Origin: Pecten maximus | Lineage: Eukaryota | Reading direction: 5' to 3' | NCBI RefSeq assembly: GCF_902652985.1 | Contig: NC_047023.1 | Location: 15,996,001 to 16,060,000, forward strand | Length of the DNA stretch: 64,000 nucleotides | Shown: piece by piece, positions 50,501 through 63,500 of the stretch | Layout: every line of letters starts with the position of its first letter | Position numbering within the stretch: position 1 is the stretch's first letter | The notes under the pieces: model-generated | Database searches by the model: none | What the model was told of the DNA's origin: nothing | The model's input: the letters and a program-made list of their open reading frames with translations, nothing else | Made by a program: the position numbers and the translations under genes

Positions 50501-51706
50501 TAACACTTCAGATTCTACCATTATATGCATATAAGCTCTACATTTTACATTCTACATCGAAAATTAATGTTTGCCTCTGAATCGTCGTTCAGCCTTTAAA
50601 AACGAGCAACACAAGACTCTTGGAAATGCAAATTGATTAAAACCATGGAAAATTGGTTATGGTTGACATCATGATAATCTTTTCGGAAATATTTGATATC
50701 CATGAGCGATATCAAATAAGATTTGCCAGATGTGTGTTGGCATTCTTAGTGATTCTGTTTCCACCAATCTATCTCACATCTTAACAATCTGAATTAACTC
50801 AGGTTTGACCTTGATTTGATGAAGCAGGAGACGCTTGCTCTCCGTAACACCTGGTCTTTTTCTCCATGTTCTTTTTCAAGGTTCTCCATGTACTTTTGTT
50901 CTCATTTTTTCCTCATTTTTTACGATTTTGATTAAGAATTACGGTTTCGTTTCAATTTCGATATTTTCTGTTTTCGGCAGGTTTTGTCCTGTTATTCATA
51001 TAATTCTCTCCTTTGTAAAATATTGAAGATGTCTCTGAATAACGCAACAGCTAATGTTGCCAGTAGTAATTTTGCTTTTTAAAGAAATTACTTTTAAATC
51101 TTTTTCATATTCTTTATGGTGCACCTTCCCGGCTGGCGAACAACCTTATCATCGATTTCGTACATACGTTTGTTAAGCTTTAATTAAAATAACTCCTAGC
51201 AGGAACACTTAAATCTGTTCGTTATATTGATTATTTTATCAGTAGATAAATATAGTAAAAACACAGGTCATTTGTCAGAAATATTTTATTAGAGAAAATC
51301 TTTTTTGGTAATAAATAAGGTGATGGTCATGATGATGGTGATGATGGAATATACTGTGTTAGATGAATCTGCAATGAAAGAAGAACTATTTAAATAATTG
51401 CCAAGGAAAGCATATTTATATATATAGGAAAGCTAATATACATCTACGTTCGTATCGACATTTTGTATATATCATTTGCTTAAGACATGATACGCATAAA
51501 GCTGTTATTTTTGCATTATTTTCCTTTTTACGATGAAGAGTTTGTGCTACCTTCACGTTAAATTGCGTACTCTCCTGATTTAATATGATCTAATAATACA
51601 TAACACACAACACTCAATAACTATGGAAAATAGAAACTTAGAAATTTGCCAAATTCAGAACAGATAGTTCATCATAATACTGAGCTTACCTGTAATTTCT
51701 GCTGTC

Positions 51707-52315
51707 TTAATATCCACCAATTACAGGACTTCTCCTCATCCCTCTGTTTCCGTATCCACGTCCAAAGCTTCCTAGTCCGTTTCCTCCTCGGCCGTAGATA
51801 TTTCCAAATCCAGATCCATATCCAGATCCAAAACCGGATCCAAATCCGGATCCAGCTCCAAATCCAGATCCAAAACCGGATCCAAATCCGGATCCAACTC
51901 CGGATCCAAATCCTGATCCGAATCCAGATCCAAATCCATCATTACCAGAAAATCCAAGATCTTGTCCATATCCATCGTCAAATCGTGATGACCCAAATCC
52001 ATTTCCAAAACCATTACCAAAGGAATTTCCTGCGATAAATGGTTTATTGTTTAGTAAAACTAACAATACTTATTTACATATTTACTGGATTTCATATAAA
52101 GATCAATGAACATAAATAATTGTCTCGTAGTTTTTTTTTTATATTCTTTACAAAGTTAAAAAAAAAAATGAAATAAAATGATGTAACAGATTATCAGCTA
52201 CAGGAAATAACAGGTGTCACTTTTGTAGTGTGACCTGACTGTATGAGTACTCACCATAATAATGGCAGAGCCCACTAGCCACGAGGCAGGACAACAGAAA
52301 CAATACCTTCATCAT
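51707..52315 (-). CDS. Secreted (GSGF)n glycine-rich protein, class E copy 1, 127 aa; coding exons 52315-52255 and 52029-51707
   Basis: MMKVLFLLSCLVASGLCHYY|GNSFGNGFGNGFGSSRFDDGYGQDLGFSG...(GSGF)n...GMRRSPVIGGY*. GTGAGT / TCGCAG; exon 1 donor after 53094; TATA 53159-53166; 3'UTR intron 51689-51369; AATAAA 51290-51285. Confidence 0.93.
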
Positions 52316-53084
52316 GGTGTCGGGTTGGTAGGGACTGAAACATAGCAAAATTAAATCATAAGATAATAGTTTGTAACGCCTGGAACTAAAACATGCTCAG
52401 GAACTAGGGTATAATATTTAATCGAATCAAACATTTAAAACATCATTATATATTTTGTTTCAATTTGCATGTTCATAATGGGCTGTGAGTGCCATCAGAT
52501 TCTTGTAACTCGATACAAAGGTAAATATATGATACTGCATAGTTGTTTAATATCACAGGGCTAATATTTCGCTGTTGTCCCAGCCAGACCTAGTTCGCAG
52601 GTTTTAAGTTTCGCTACGCCTTGTAAACTTTCAGCAGTAAACAAGCGAAATTAATTCTAAATTAACTACTTTACATTTCTTGAGATATTAGGTTCAGGGA
52701 ATATTTGCAGTAGCGATATCAACTCCAGCTTATTTATGCAATTACAATTAACTAGTGAAACATTCGCAGGCTCTGGTGGTATACCAAAACAATAGAATTA
52801 TCTTCTGATTATCTAAAACGAATTTCGATATCATTGACACCGCTTATAACAGTAATGTTGTATTGCTAACACATTATATGAGTCGGAAACTCCATACTCA
52901 TGGTAAGTATATACACGACAAGGAAATAAATACTCATCAAAGAGAAACTTTAGTTTTAACAACAATGCCAAATAAACGAAACATAGCGTCAAAAATTCGA
53001 AAGATATGACTTCAGACGTAAAAATAATTATTAAACTTAATATAAGGACAAAATTCAAATGACAAAATAAATACTACAAATACA

Positions 53085-55990
53085 GGTACTTACTTAGACG
53101 TCTGTACGATTCGATGTCAAGTAAAGATTGAGAATGGTTCATGGATGATTCTCTTCCATATTTATACTAGTTCCACTAGAAAATTAGGAAATGTATCTCC
53201 AATTCGATTTGATAATAATAATGCAACAATACAACTAATGACCAGTGACGGTCACGACGTACATATTACAACCAATGACCTATGTCCAGTGAGTTTTATT
53301 GGCAGGAACCAGCGGACCAGTGACAACTGCCCGAGGCTGTACTACACAACAGTCATACAACGGAATGAGTGTCATTGTCTATTACTTATGTTTTAGAAAT
53401 CGTCGGACATTTTTGTATGTATCGTGTACTTTAAAACAAGAAGATAATAATTAGGTGTAAACGAACTCATATAATTCAATCTCAAATCGATAACAGCTAG
53501 AAGAAAGAAGGATACATAAGAGAACACACGGACGTTAAAGAGGTTACTGACTCTTTCTAAACTAACCAATAAATTCCCATTAAGCAATCACAAAATAGAC
53601 ATTCAACATTGTTAAGATGTCACAATAAATTATATATTAAATCATTGTACCTAAAACATTACATTATACAATAACACAAGATAGCTCGTGGTCATTGTCC
53701 TAACCATATTCTCTCTTTTGCCGTATAGAATGCACTGTCCGATGGTGTTAGTAGAATACATCCATAGTTAACCTTACAAATCCCTTAACAAGGGTAACTG
53801 TCTGATTCCATCTCATTATAACTGTTACAAACGACACATTTACCAGCCACGACTGTCAATGGTTTGTAGTTCTCTCAACAGTAATTTTTTTCAAACGAAT
53901 TCATGTTCTATGTGTTATTGCAATAAGGTTGTTAAAACTACTGACCACTTCCTCCCCCATTGTCCTACCGGTATATACCAACAACTTAGGATATAGTGCT
54001 TCATGAGTATTCCTTCTAACTCCGACGTCAACAGTCTCTTAACTAGAAACCTGTATGTCAAATAAATACCACAATACCATGTGAATGTCTTCGATTGTGC
54101 CAAATTGTATTATTGCTTCTCTTAAAGCTGTTCTAAAAATGTAATCAATATGTGCAGCTCCATACTTTATGTATGCATTTGCAGCCAATTGATTCTAATA
54201 CAATGCAGTGATGCAGTTCGTTGCTATTTTCTTTACGTAACCCTTTCTCTATTTAACTTATATTGTTCTTGAATATTTTGTATTCCTGTTACATACATTA
54301 CACTACCGACACATGATCGCTTGTCGAAAAAAGACAATTGATATAAGTACTTCGTACCTGTTTTTGAATCCTTATTGTAGAGTGTATAACAATTGTACTA
54401 TATATATGGTATAGGTCAATTAAATGAGGAGATTAGTTTATGAGATGCTTGAATTTAGGTAAATATGAAACAAAATGCGATTTTAATTTGATATAAAAAG
54501 TGTTTAATGGCAATAGTATTGAAAAATATATATTGATAGGGAAGCCAGCAAATATTTTATTAACAGAAAATTTGGAGAGCGGGGAGAGCTAAAATAAATC
54601 ATATTAAAGATGTGAAATATTCATGTCTTCTCAATGCATTACTACGCATGCACCTATTAAGATGTACTTCTATAAACACGGTTGTCATTTTTACACACGT
54701 TCCTTCTCATGTTGAAAGGAATAAGAGTATGAATGATGCATGTAATGTAATACATCGTTTATTCAAGAAACATAATGTACACGTGATGTCATTTAACTAA
54801 ATAATCCCTATACTGTTTAATATTTCCTAATGCTAGCTCTACTTCCGCAAAGGTTGTTGACCATGTCTAGAGACGTCCGGGTAATAGGAAAGAGGAATAA
54901 AAAATATCATGCCTGTTTCCGGAGCTCAAACTAGTGAGCATTCGTACTCTAAGAGGACATCCTACAGTTAGGCTTAATGGCTAAATAAATACATTATCCC
55001 AAACCAATTAAAACAACAAGCAAACAAACAAACAAAAACAAAAAAACAGAGAGCAGCAAAAACGAAAGTTCTTTGCTAAATATATATATATTTTAATTTC
55101 CTGTCTAATTTCATTCCTAAAATTAAATTTAAAATTAAAGTTCAATATCTGTCTCGTATCAACGACGCAACATTAAATCCAATATATAACGAATTCGTGT
55201 TAGATGTTCCATCTGTTATAAAGTAATTATCTGACTTTTATGTTAGGTACACTCTTTCAATTCAAAGGAAACAGTTTACAGTTGATGTTTAGAATGAATA
55301 GAAGTCATTTTTAAGATTATTTGAAACGTGGTAAGTATATGTAAGTACCTAATTAAATTATATCGTTGTAATTTGATATAGTATTTATTTAAATATATAT
55401 TTGATTAGTGCAGTAATATATACATTGAAGGCATCTAAACACGACTAATGAATATATAATGTCTTCTTACTGCTGTTTTGTCACTCTTCAAAGGACAGAA
55501 GTGTGAAAATCCAGAAAAAAAGAAATCGGTAAAAACAAATGCTCACATATGTTTTGGGAAATATTATATACAAAGGAATTTGGCAAGTTTAAATAAGGAA
55601 AAGTAACCAAACAACTTCAAACTTCAAACACGTCGGCTCTATGTCCTTATCTAAAATGTTCCGCGATATACATGTATTTAAAACACAAGTAACGGACATT
55701 GACACAGATATCCTACTTATTGTGTGACTCGTGTAGTACAGCCTCGGGCAGTTTTTATCACTGTTTAACATAACTCACTGGACACAGGTCACTGGAAGTA
55801 TGGATACGTCACGATCGTCACTGGTCATTTGCCGTCATAACTATGATTTTTTGTCATTTTTACGAATCGTAATTGACAAACATTTCCTGATTTTCTACTG
55901 CAACTAGTATAAATAAGGAGGGAAATCACTCCCTAACCATTCTCAATCTTTACTCGACAGCGAATCGTACCGACGTCTAGGTAAGTACCT
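53085..55990. promoter_or_regulatory. Divergent paralogous promoters/exon 1 of the two class E genes (53085-53360 inverted-homologous to ~55720-55990)
   Basis: Inverted similarity covering exon 1, TATAAATA, ATTTCCT and the TGTACTACAC...TGCCCGAGGC block; the middle of the interval is unrelated. Confidence 0.7.
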
Positions 55991-56912
55991 GTCTTAGCAG
56001 TGAGCTTTGAAGTATATAACTCGTTTGTCTTGTACTATCGAAGTCAATGTTACGCATTACTGTTACAAGTCGTTTTATTATCAAACTTTAAGTAACATCT
56101 TTACATTGCCACCTCAACATGGTGCGAAAGAATAGAATACCAAGGATATCTCTTTATTACCTTTTGTAATTATAATTACCTTTTCTAACAATGATAACCT
56201 TTTAATAATGATTCCCTTTTGTATGAATAATTAATTCACAACTGAAAAATTGATGTTCGACATCATGATCTCATTTAAAAATATTCCATTTCCTTGTACG
56301 ATATACATGTACGATCAGTTCGATTCCTGTTGATATGCCTAGGGATTCCTAATAATATAGCGCTTACTCTTCCTGAACACGTTGTCTCATTATCTTTGTA
56401 CTTATTCAATAGTTTCCATGCAAATCTATATTTATGTTCGAAATTTTGTTTAAACAACAATTTATGGTCGATACCATTTATAACAAATAGGACATATTAA
56501 TGTTCTTGATTGATATGAAGTAACGAAGTTCTCTCTTCTGGAACGCCAGGTTAATCCTCACGTATTTCTCAAGGGATGACATGTGAACAACTATATTGTT
56601 CTTATTGTTTCTTTTATCATATTATGGTTTTTAATTTAAAGTAACAGTTTTTGCTTGGTTGTGGGTATTCTCTTCTGTTATATGTATATCATTATGTTAC
56701 AAATTGAAGGGAAATATTTAAAAAAAAAAATAATAATAATAATAATTTAAAATGATGATCCATCGCTATTAACCCCTAGAAACCGACATCATGCTAAAAC
56801 TGTGAGTAAAATTACAAGGTCATATTGTTAATTTGGTATGGTTCATTTCCAGAAATTACAAAATAATAAAATGTAAATTGGGTATATGTTACAGACCCTA
56901 CCACCCGACACC

Positions 56913-57586
56913 ATGATGAAAGTAATATTTCTCCTATCCTGCCTCGTGGCTTGTGGGCTCTGCCATTACTATGGTGAGTACTCAGTATTTGTTTATACAT
57001 CGATGTTTATCCACTTAGTGTAGACTATTCTGCTTGATCACCATCTTATATATCAGTAGTCATCATGGGTTCATATATACAATTGAAGCATATCTTAATA
57101 ATCATTCTTATTGATAAATGACATCAACAAACCAAATAGATGCAATTTTTACTTCAAGGTTATATGTTCGTCACGATAATAGACATGAACCCTGTATATC
57201 ATTTTACATTTTGGTCTTTCATAGTCAGACCAACGTCTAAATCTAATCCACAACTTTAAATTGCAGACAATTCCTTTGGCTCGGGCTTTGGATCAATGAT
57301 GGACAATGGATATGGACAAGATCTTGGATTTTCTGGTTATGATGGAATGGGTTCTGGATTTGGATCTGGCGTTGGATCCGGATTTGGATCCGGATTTGGA
57401 TCCGGATATGGATCTGGATTTGGATCTGGAGTTGGATCCGGATTTGGATCCGGATTTGGATCTGGATTTGGATCCGGATCCGGATATGGAAATTTCAACG
57501 GCCGAGGAGTAAGCGGACTTGGCAGTTTCGGACGTGGATACGGAAGCAGGGGGATGAGACGAAGTCCTGTAATTGGTGGATATTAA
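56913..57586 (+). CDS. Secreted (GSGF)n glycine-rich protein, class E copy 2, 126 aa; coding exons 56913-56973 and 57267-57586
   Basis: MMKVIFLLSCLVACGLCHYY|DNSFGSGFGSMMDNGYGQDLGFSGYDGMGSGFGSG...GMRRSPVIGGY*. TATA 55908-55915; exon 1 donor 55980/55981; 3'UTR intron 57604-57937; AATAAA 57967-57972. Confidence 0.93.
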
Positions 57587-60500
57587 GACAGTAGATATTC
57601 TAGGTAAGGAAAAATACTCGTTGTTCAATATGGTTTGATTCTGGAACTGGTTTGTATTGTCCACCATATGTTATGATCTATGTTATTAGTTTTCCTAATT
57701 AAACTTGATTTGGTAATGAGACTTATATGACAGTAAGATACGTGTGTTTGTCAGTAGAACACAGTTCCCCTTTAACTTATACAAATGTATAGCTCTGACA
57801 GGAAAAGAATACAAATGTCACCTTAAATAAATTGAGTGATGGAAACATAAACATGTCGAAGCGGTAATTGACATACATATTTGTAACTTTTATAATGTTA
57901 AACTTATTATTATAAACAAAATTCTCTTTCTTTGCAGATACATCTCATGCAACATTAAGACATTTAAATAAAATACCAAACAAAATGATAAAATAAAAAA
58001 TACGGTATAGACTGAATATTTCTACCCGTGATATATTGAAAAATTGAAGATCAACTTTTGAAACTGTTTGCTTCCAACGAAAGTTGCGACATTACTTTTG
58101 GGCACATGGCGTCATCTTAATGTACTTGCAACTTGTGACTAGCGAATAAGGAGACACATCTTCCGGCCTAAACCATACTTTGAACGTGAAGGATTTACGA
58201 AACGTATACTAGTGAATAACACCTTATTTGGTGATAGATATAACTAAATTCTCCTAATGAAAAAGGCCAAACGTGTATACAGTAAATGATACCGTGAAAA
58301 TCAAAATAAGTCCTAACAACTTTTTAAGAGTGATTGACAGATGCATCAACCCGTTAATTAATTTAGACAGTTTCTAATTTGTTTTGGGAATGCATTTAAA
58401 ACAAAAATAATAATACGTGTGTATATTCTAATAGAATGTCACTATTTACACTCGTGAAAATATTTAAGGATTATTTTATTTTCTGTAAGCAAGCGCACCA
58501 AGATATAATACAAGTGTAATATTCAGTTACCTCAAATCAAACTTCAAAGTAAAAAATAAAACAAAAATATTCTTTATATTTACACTACGCAGCTCGGTTA
58601 TTTCATGCAATATTAGAAAAAAAAATCAATTACCTTATACACACCGCTTAAACAACGGTGAGTTTATTAGAACAGCCAAATTAAACCTAATTAAGCATAA
58701 GGTTACGCTGCAGTACGTGTGAATGACGTCAACAGTTAACGAAGTAGTTCGAAGAAAATAATGATATTTTTAATATTTTTTACTAATATTTTCCTATAGT
58801 ACATGCATCGAAGTGTATCACAACTGCAAATAGTAATGTTATTCTGCATGATGATCAACGAGTAATAAATAGTGAGAAGACCAGACTGGCTTGAGTCTAG
58901 GGCGGTCGCGGGGCCAGGTCGTCAAGACTGTAATAATGTCATTTCAATATTCTTCCATTTTACCGAACTCAATTCCGTAAGAAGCCACGATATCTTCCAG
59001 AATGTTCCGGTTCAGTCCGGCTGACGTAGAAAATTCGAATGAAATCGACCGCAACTGGATTCATGATGTCAATACAGAGTGCAGGCGACAAGATTCCAAT
59101 TTCGCGTCTGTTTGGAACAAGGTTTCTTTACTCTTGAAGTGCACCCGGAACGAAAAGAATATTCAAATATGTTATTCTATGTAATCGCCAATGAAGAATG
59201 TCACAATCCACATCAAAATCGATTGACCAAGTGCCGAGATATCGCACATCGAAGTACGCGATTTGCACCTGTCGGTCGACTGCTAATCAGCGCATCGGTC
59301 AGTCACGCTGATTTGGGACTCTTCAGTTTATGACGTCTGAGGTTTAACGGAGTTAAATGTAGTGGCAGTCAGCAATAGATGCGATCTGGACATGAGTATT
59401 AAGATTGAAGACTTGCCCACAAGAAAATGGAATCCAACCCTATTAGTTTGAGCCTTTTAAAAGAACACGACATCAGCCAATGTTTTGATTATGTGTCATT
59501 TTATTCACAAATAAATATTCAAATAAACATTCATCGACTTTCTCTCCCGTTGTAAAAAAAATACTTCTACAGATACAGACTGCTTTTTTATGTACATGTC
59601 ATGGTCTCATGGCTTACCGACGATTAAATGCTTAAGAAATATACGAGTATATCTACGATCATTGTCAATGAAATTACGTAAAACTGCTGCACAGCAATTA
59701 TATTCAAATGAAACGTAAGGATTGAAATATCTTAACACGATACAGGACATTAAACTACCGTTCATGGTTAGCTAAAAATTCAAATGGTTGAAGTGTCATT
59801 TAACCATTTTCAACATTGTATCCTGGAAGCACATATTTACAATTATCGGAATATAACTGAGTGTGTTTAAAATTCAACATATTGTAAAAATAGCTATTAC
59901 GTTCAGAATTGCATCACCCATTTGGAATATATTACCACAATCTGTTGTAGAGGCAGACAACATACTACATAAGAAAACGTTATACAGTAAATTGATGAAA
60001 AGGTATTAAAGGAACTCATGTGGATTTGCATATATATTGTAGCTATAGCATTTTCAGTAAAATGCATTACTTTATTTCAAACGTTTAATTTATGAATGTA
60101 TTATAGGTTATTATCAAAACCATAATTTCAGCTCCATTTTTAATAGTGTAACACGAAAAAGACAGACAATTAAGTCAATGGTGAGTAATTATAACTAATA
60201 CTAAAAACGTGTTAGACTGTTATGTAAACCCCTCGCTATGAATAATGGGTAATAACATTTATTTATATTTGTATAAATAAATACATTTATATAAGTCTGT
60301 AATTGTTTGATTATTATATGATGAGAGGGGCAGTTGGACCCTCTCGTCTTCCATTTGTTTCTGGTTATTATGGGGATGGGCTAACAATGAGGGGTCAAGA
60401 AGGAGGTCCTTAGTTGGGCCACGTGATGGAAAATTCCCAGGACTTGACTGACCTCTGGTCATTTTGGCTGAAGCGATAACAGCTTTTGATTGGTCAGCCA

Positions 60501-63500
60501 ATCAGCAGGCACGTAGCCCAGCATCCGGACCTATCACTGAGGAGATTGACCCTCAGCAGCGTCACCTCCATTTAGAAAATCGAATGTAAAAATTTATCTT
60601 CATTGATGGAAGTTTTTTAACACTTTTGATTTCCCACCCTTATGCCCACCCAGTGTAACATGTAAAGAATTGTCAATTTTAGATTCCTTATGCTTGCTAA
60701 TATGTATATACCAACTTTTCATCATGTTGAAAATGGTATCTTGAGGTTACACAATCTTTAATAATTATTGCTGATAATTATTGCTTTAAATCAATTATGG
60801 ATGCATTGTTTGTGTAATATACATGTCGTGCCTATTTTTTATTTCGCTAATTTATAACTTGGGGGTCTGTAATTGATTCGTCATTAATAAATGACCTTTT
60901 CAACACATATTATGTCTTCATTATCAATTTTGATTGTTTCTTAACAGCAAACTAGCTGTGGTCACCTAGCTCGTGTATAAGACAGAGATGAAACAAAGTG
61001 CTTTATTAAATGACCTATCGTGAAGTGATTGGGATCCTTGTGATTTACTTTCCAGTCTTGTGTCGCAAGTCATGACTTTAAAATGTTTATACAGCCATCT
61101 TTGGACAATTACGTGTACTCGACTACGAGTGGATTAGTATACCTCTAAACAATTACAAGGTGTGAAATAACGGTGTAAGCGCTTATCACACCTGTCACAG
61201 CATCACAGGTATCTGTGCTTTCTATTCGGCGTATTGTTTCCTTGCACATCAAAGTTGTTCCGAATTTATGCTCTTACAAGTTGTATGTTAAGTTAGCTTG
61301 AATTTTTTTAATTTCGTTAATACTATAGGAGATTCATATTTTGTTTAAATTTAAGATATAGTTTTATATATGAATTCAGTGAGTTTCGTTTTCTCGTTTC
61401 GTTTTCTCGTTTCGTTTTTCCTACCAGCATCAGAATTCTAATAGCAAAAGTTTGCCAACGAAGTAATTAACCTAAGTTGGCTCATTCATATCACGTGCTA
61501 TAAATCGTGGAAAGCCACTCCAGCCAAATGGCCTTCGGTAATTGCAAATTGAACATCCACGATATTAAAAGTTTAGTCTTTTAACCTTTTTTTAAAAGTA
61601 CTAACCTTCATGGACAAGTTTTATCACTTTTGTACTATTATCCGAAAGTCCCTAGATAGCGGTGTCTTCAAGTGGATTTGCAAAGTACCAATTGCTGTTT
61701 CACATCATGTATGGATTGCATTTTAAACTTCTATTACTGAAAGTATTATGATCGAAATCAAAATGTGTATGCAACAACCCATTTCCTCATTATACCGGCT
61801 TTAAGCAGGATGATGTAAGTGGTTAGATGTTATAATAGAACATTATTCAAATGATGCATTATATGTATACGGACCGTTATAATAGAAAATTATGTCGCAA
61901 ATATAAATTACGTTGATGATATATAATCATCCATCGCTAACGATTAATGTACAGACAGACTGTCAACGAAAAATATCGGCATATCAACACAGCCCACGCC
62001 AGACTTCATATCGCACAATGAAATGGAATGTTTTTAAATGAGATCATGATGTCCATCCCGTGGACTTCAGCAACTTGCATCACTCGAAGCATTTTGTTGC
62101 CATTTACTCAAAATTGCTGAAATCGTTATAAAACTATCTAAGTATATTGAATATAATATAAATCTACAATTGAAAATTAACAATTTGGAAATTCGCGTTT
62201 ATCATATTATCTGCTGGTTATATGGTTAGTAGAGATAAAACATAGTTGCTAAATCTTTAGGTGACTTTGAAGGGCTATGTAAGCTCACTTTTAGATTCTT
62301 TATAGGACAATCAATATAATCAACCTTGTATGAAAACAGTAAGTTTTCAAAGAAAGAAGCACATTTTTTTCCAAACGGGTGTGCCAAAAAAAGCTGTTGG
62401 AAAGTCTACCTAACAAACTCGCTATTTTCACCTTGGTTTTATTTTTAGTCATTAAAGAAATATACTCCATTAAAAACCATAACTTAGAAAAAAATCCTTT
62501 ACTTAGAATTCTGTGTCCATTTTATTAAAAATGTCGAAGGGTTTCTTAAAGTTTATATTGGTGAATGGTAGTAATATTTGGCATATCAAAAGTTTCTGGA
62601 AAGTCTCCCTGGTTATCAATACTAGTTCCTTTTACAAACTGGAACTATAATCGTGATTTTAGACTGGGATTAAATCAGTAGATGCCTTTTCCATAGGAAT
62701 ATCCTCAAACCTGTCATTTAGATAAGTGTGGTTTTGACATCAGGGAATAAAGACATGTAAATTGTTTTCAGTTTAGATATTAAGCTGTACACCAATCTAT
62801 TAATTATGGACCTAATTGTAGAATGCTGTGATGCTGATTTGACTCATTTTCTGGCATATTCATCCCCGATATCCTTCAGTATTTTAATATTCATATTTCA
62901 TTTAATGGAAACACTCTCTCGATTATTCGAAGCTTTTCTGAAAATTTTTGACTTTGTCATTGTCACTAACAAATTAATAATAATCTTCAAAAAAATTCAA
63001 AACTCAAGTTTCTGGTGCCATTATATTAATTAAGCATTTCAAAAGAGTATGTACAGCTTTTAGTGCATCTACACACTTACAAGAAACAAGTTTAGGGGCC
63101 CCTTGGTCTAACGCCAAGGGACATAACTCCCATGAAATAAATGGACAATAAATTAATTATATTAAGTTGTATAACCCTCATGAAACCTAAATGAAAAAAA
63201 ATGTAAAATACGAAATAATTCTATACATAAATTAAGCTTAATATTTAGTTACCTTATGGGTGGCATTGTATATTATACTGTATATCAATATTGTTTATGC
63301 TAGGGGATCATTATCATCATGATCAGTTACTTCTATAAATCGTTGACATTTTATGCCATACACCAAGCGAAATGAACATAAAATATTTTTCTCTATTTCT
63401 AAGACTCCATAAACAAAGTGATATCAACAAGTTTAAATAGATGCCCCGAATATTTACTTAATTGTTCGTGATTTAAAATCCAATCAAACTTTATTTGTTA

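Noticed and set aside
51646-52038. IQIR-repeat and (DLDP)n ORFs (also 57293-57667, 57306-57512)
   Set aside because: Alternative-frame/antisense readings of the 12-bp GSGF repeat; splice phase selects the Gly-rich frame.
54860-54985. tRNA-like sequence on minus strand
   Set aside because: Too degenerate to fold as a cloverleaf; at best an old SINE head.
51707-57586. Naming class E as shematrin/prisilkin/keratin-associated protein
   Set aside because: Only compositional similarity; diagnostic motifs not recognised, so no gene symbol assigned.
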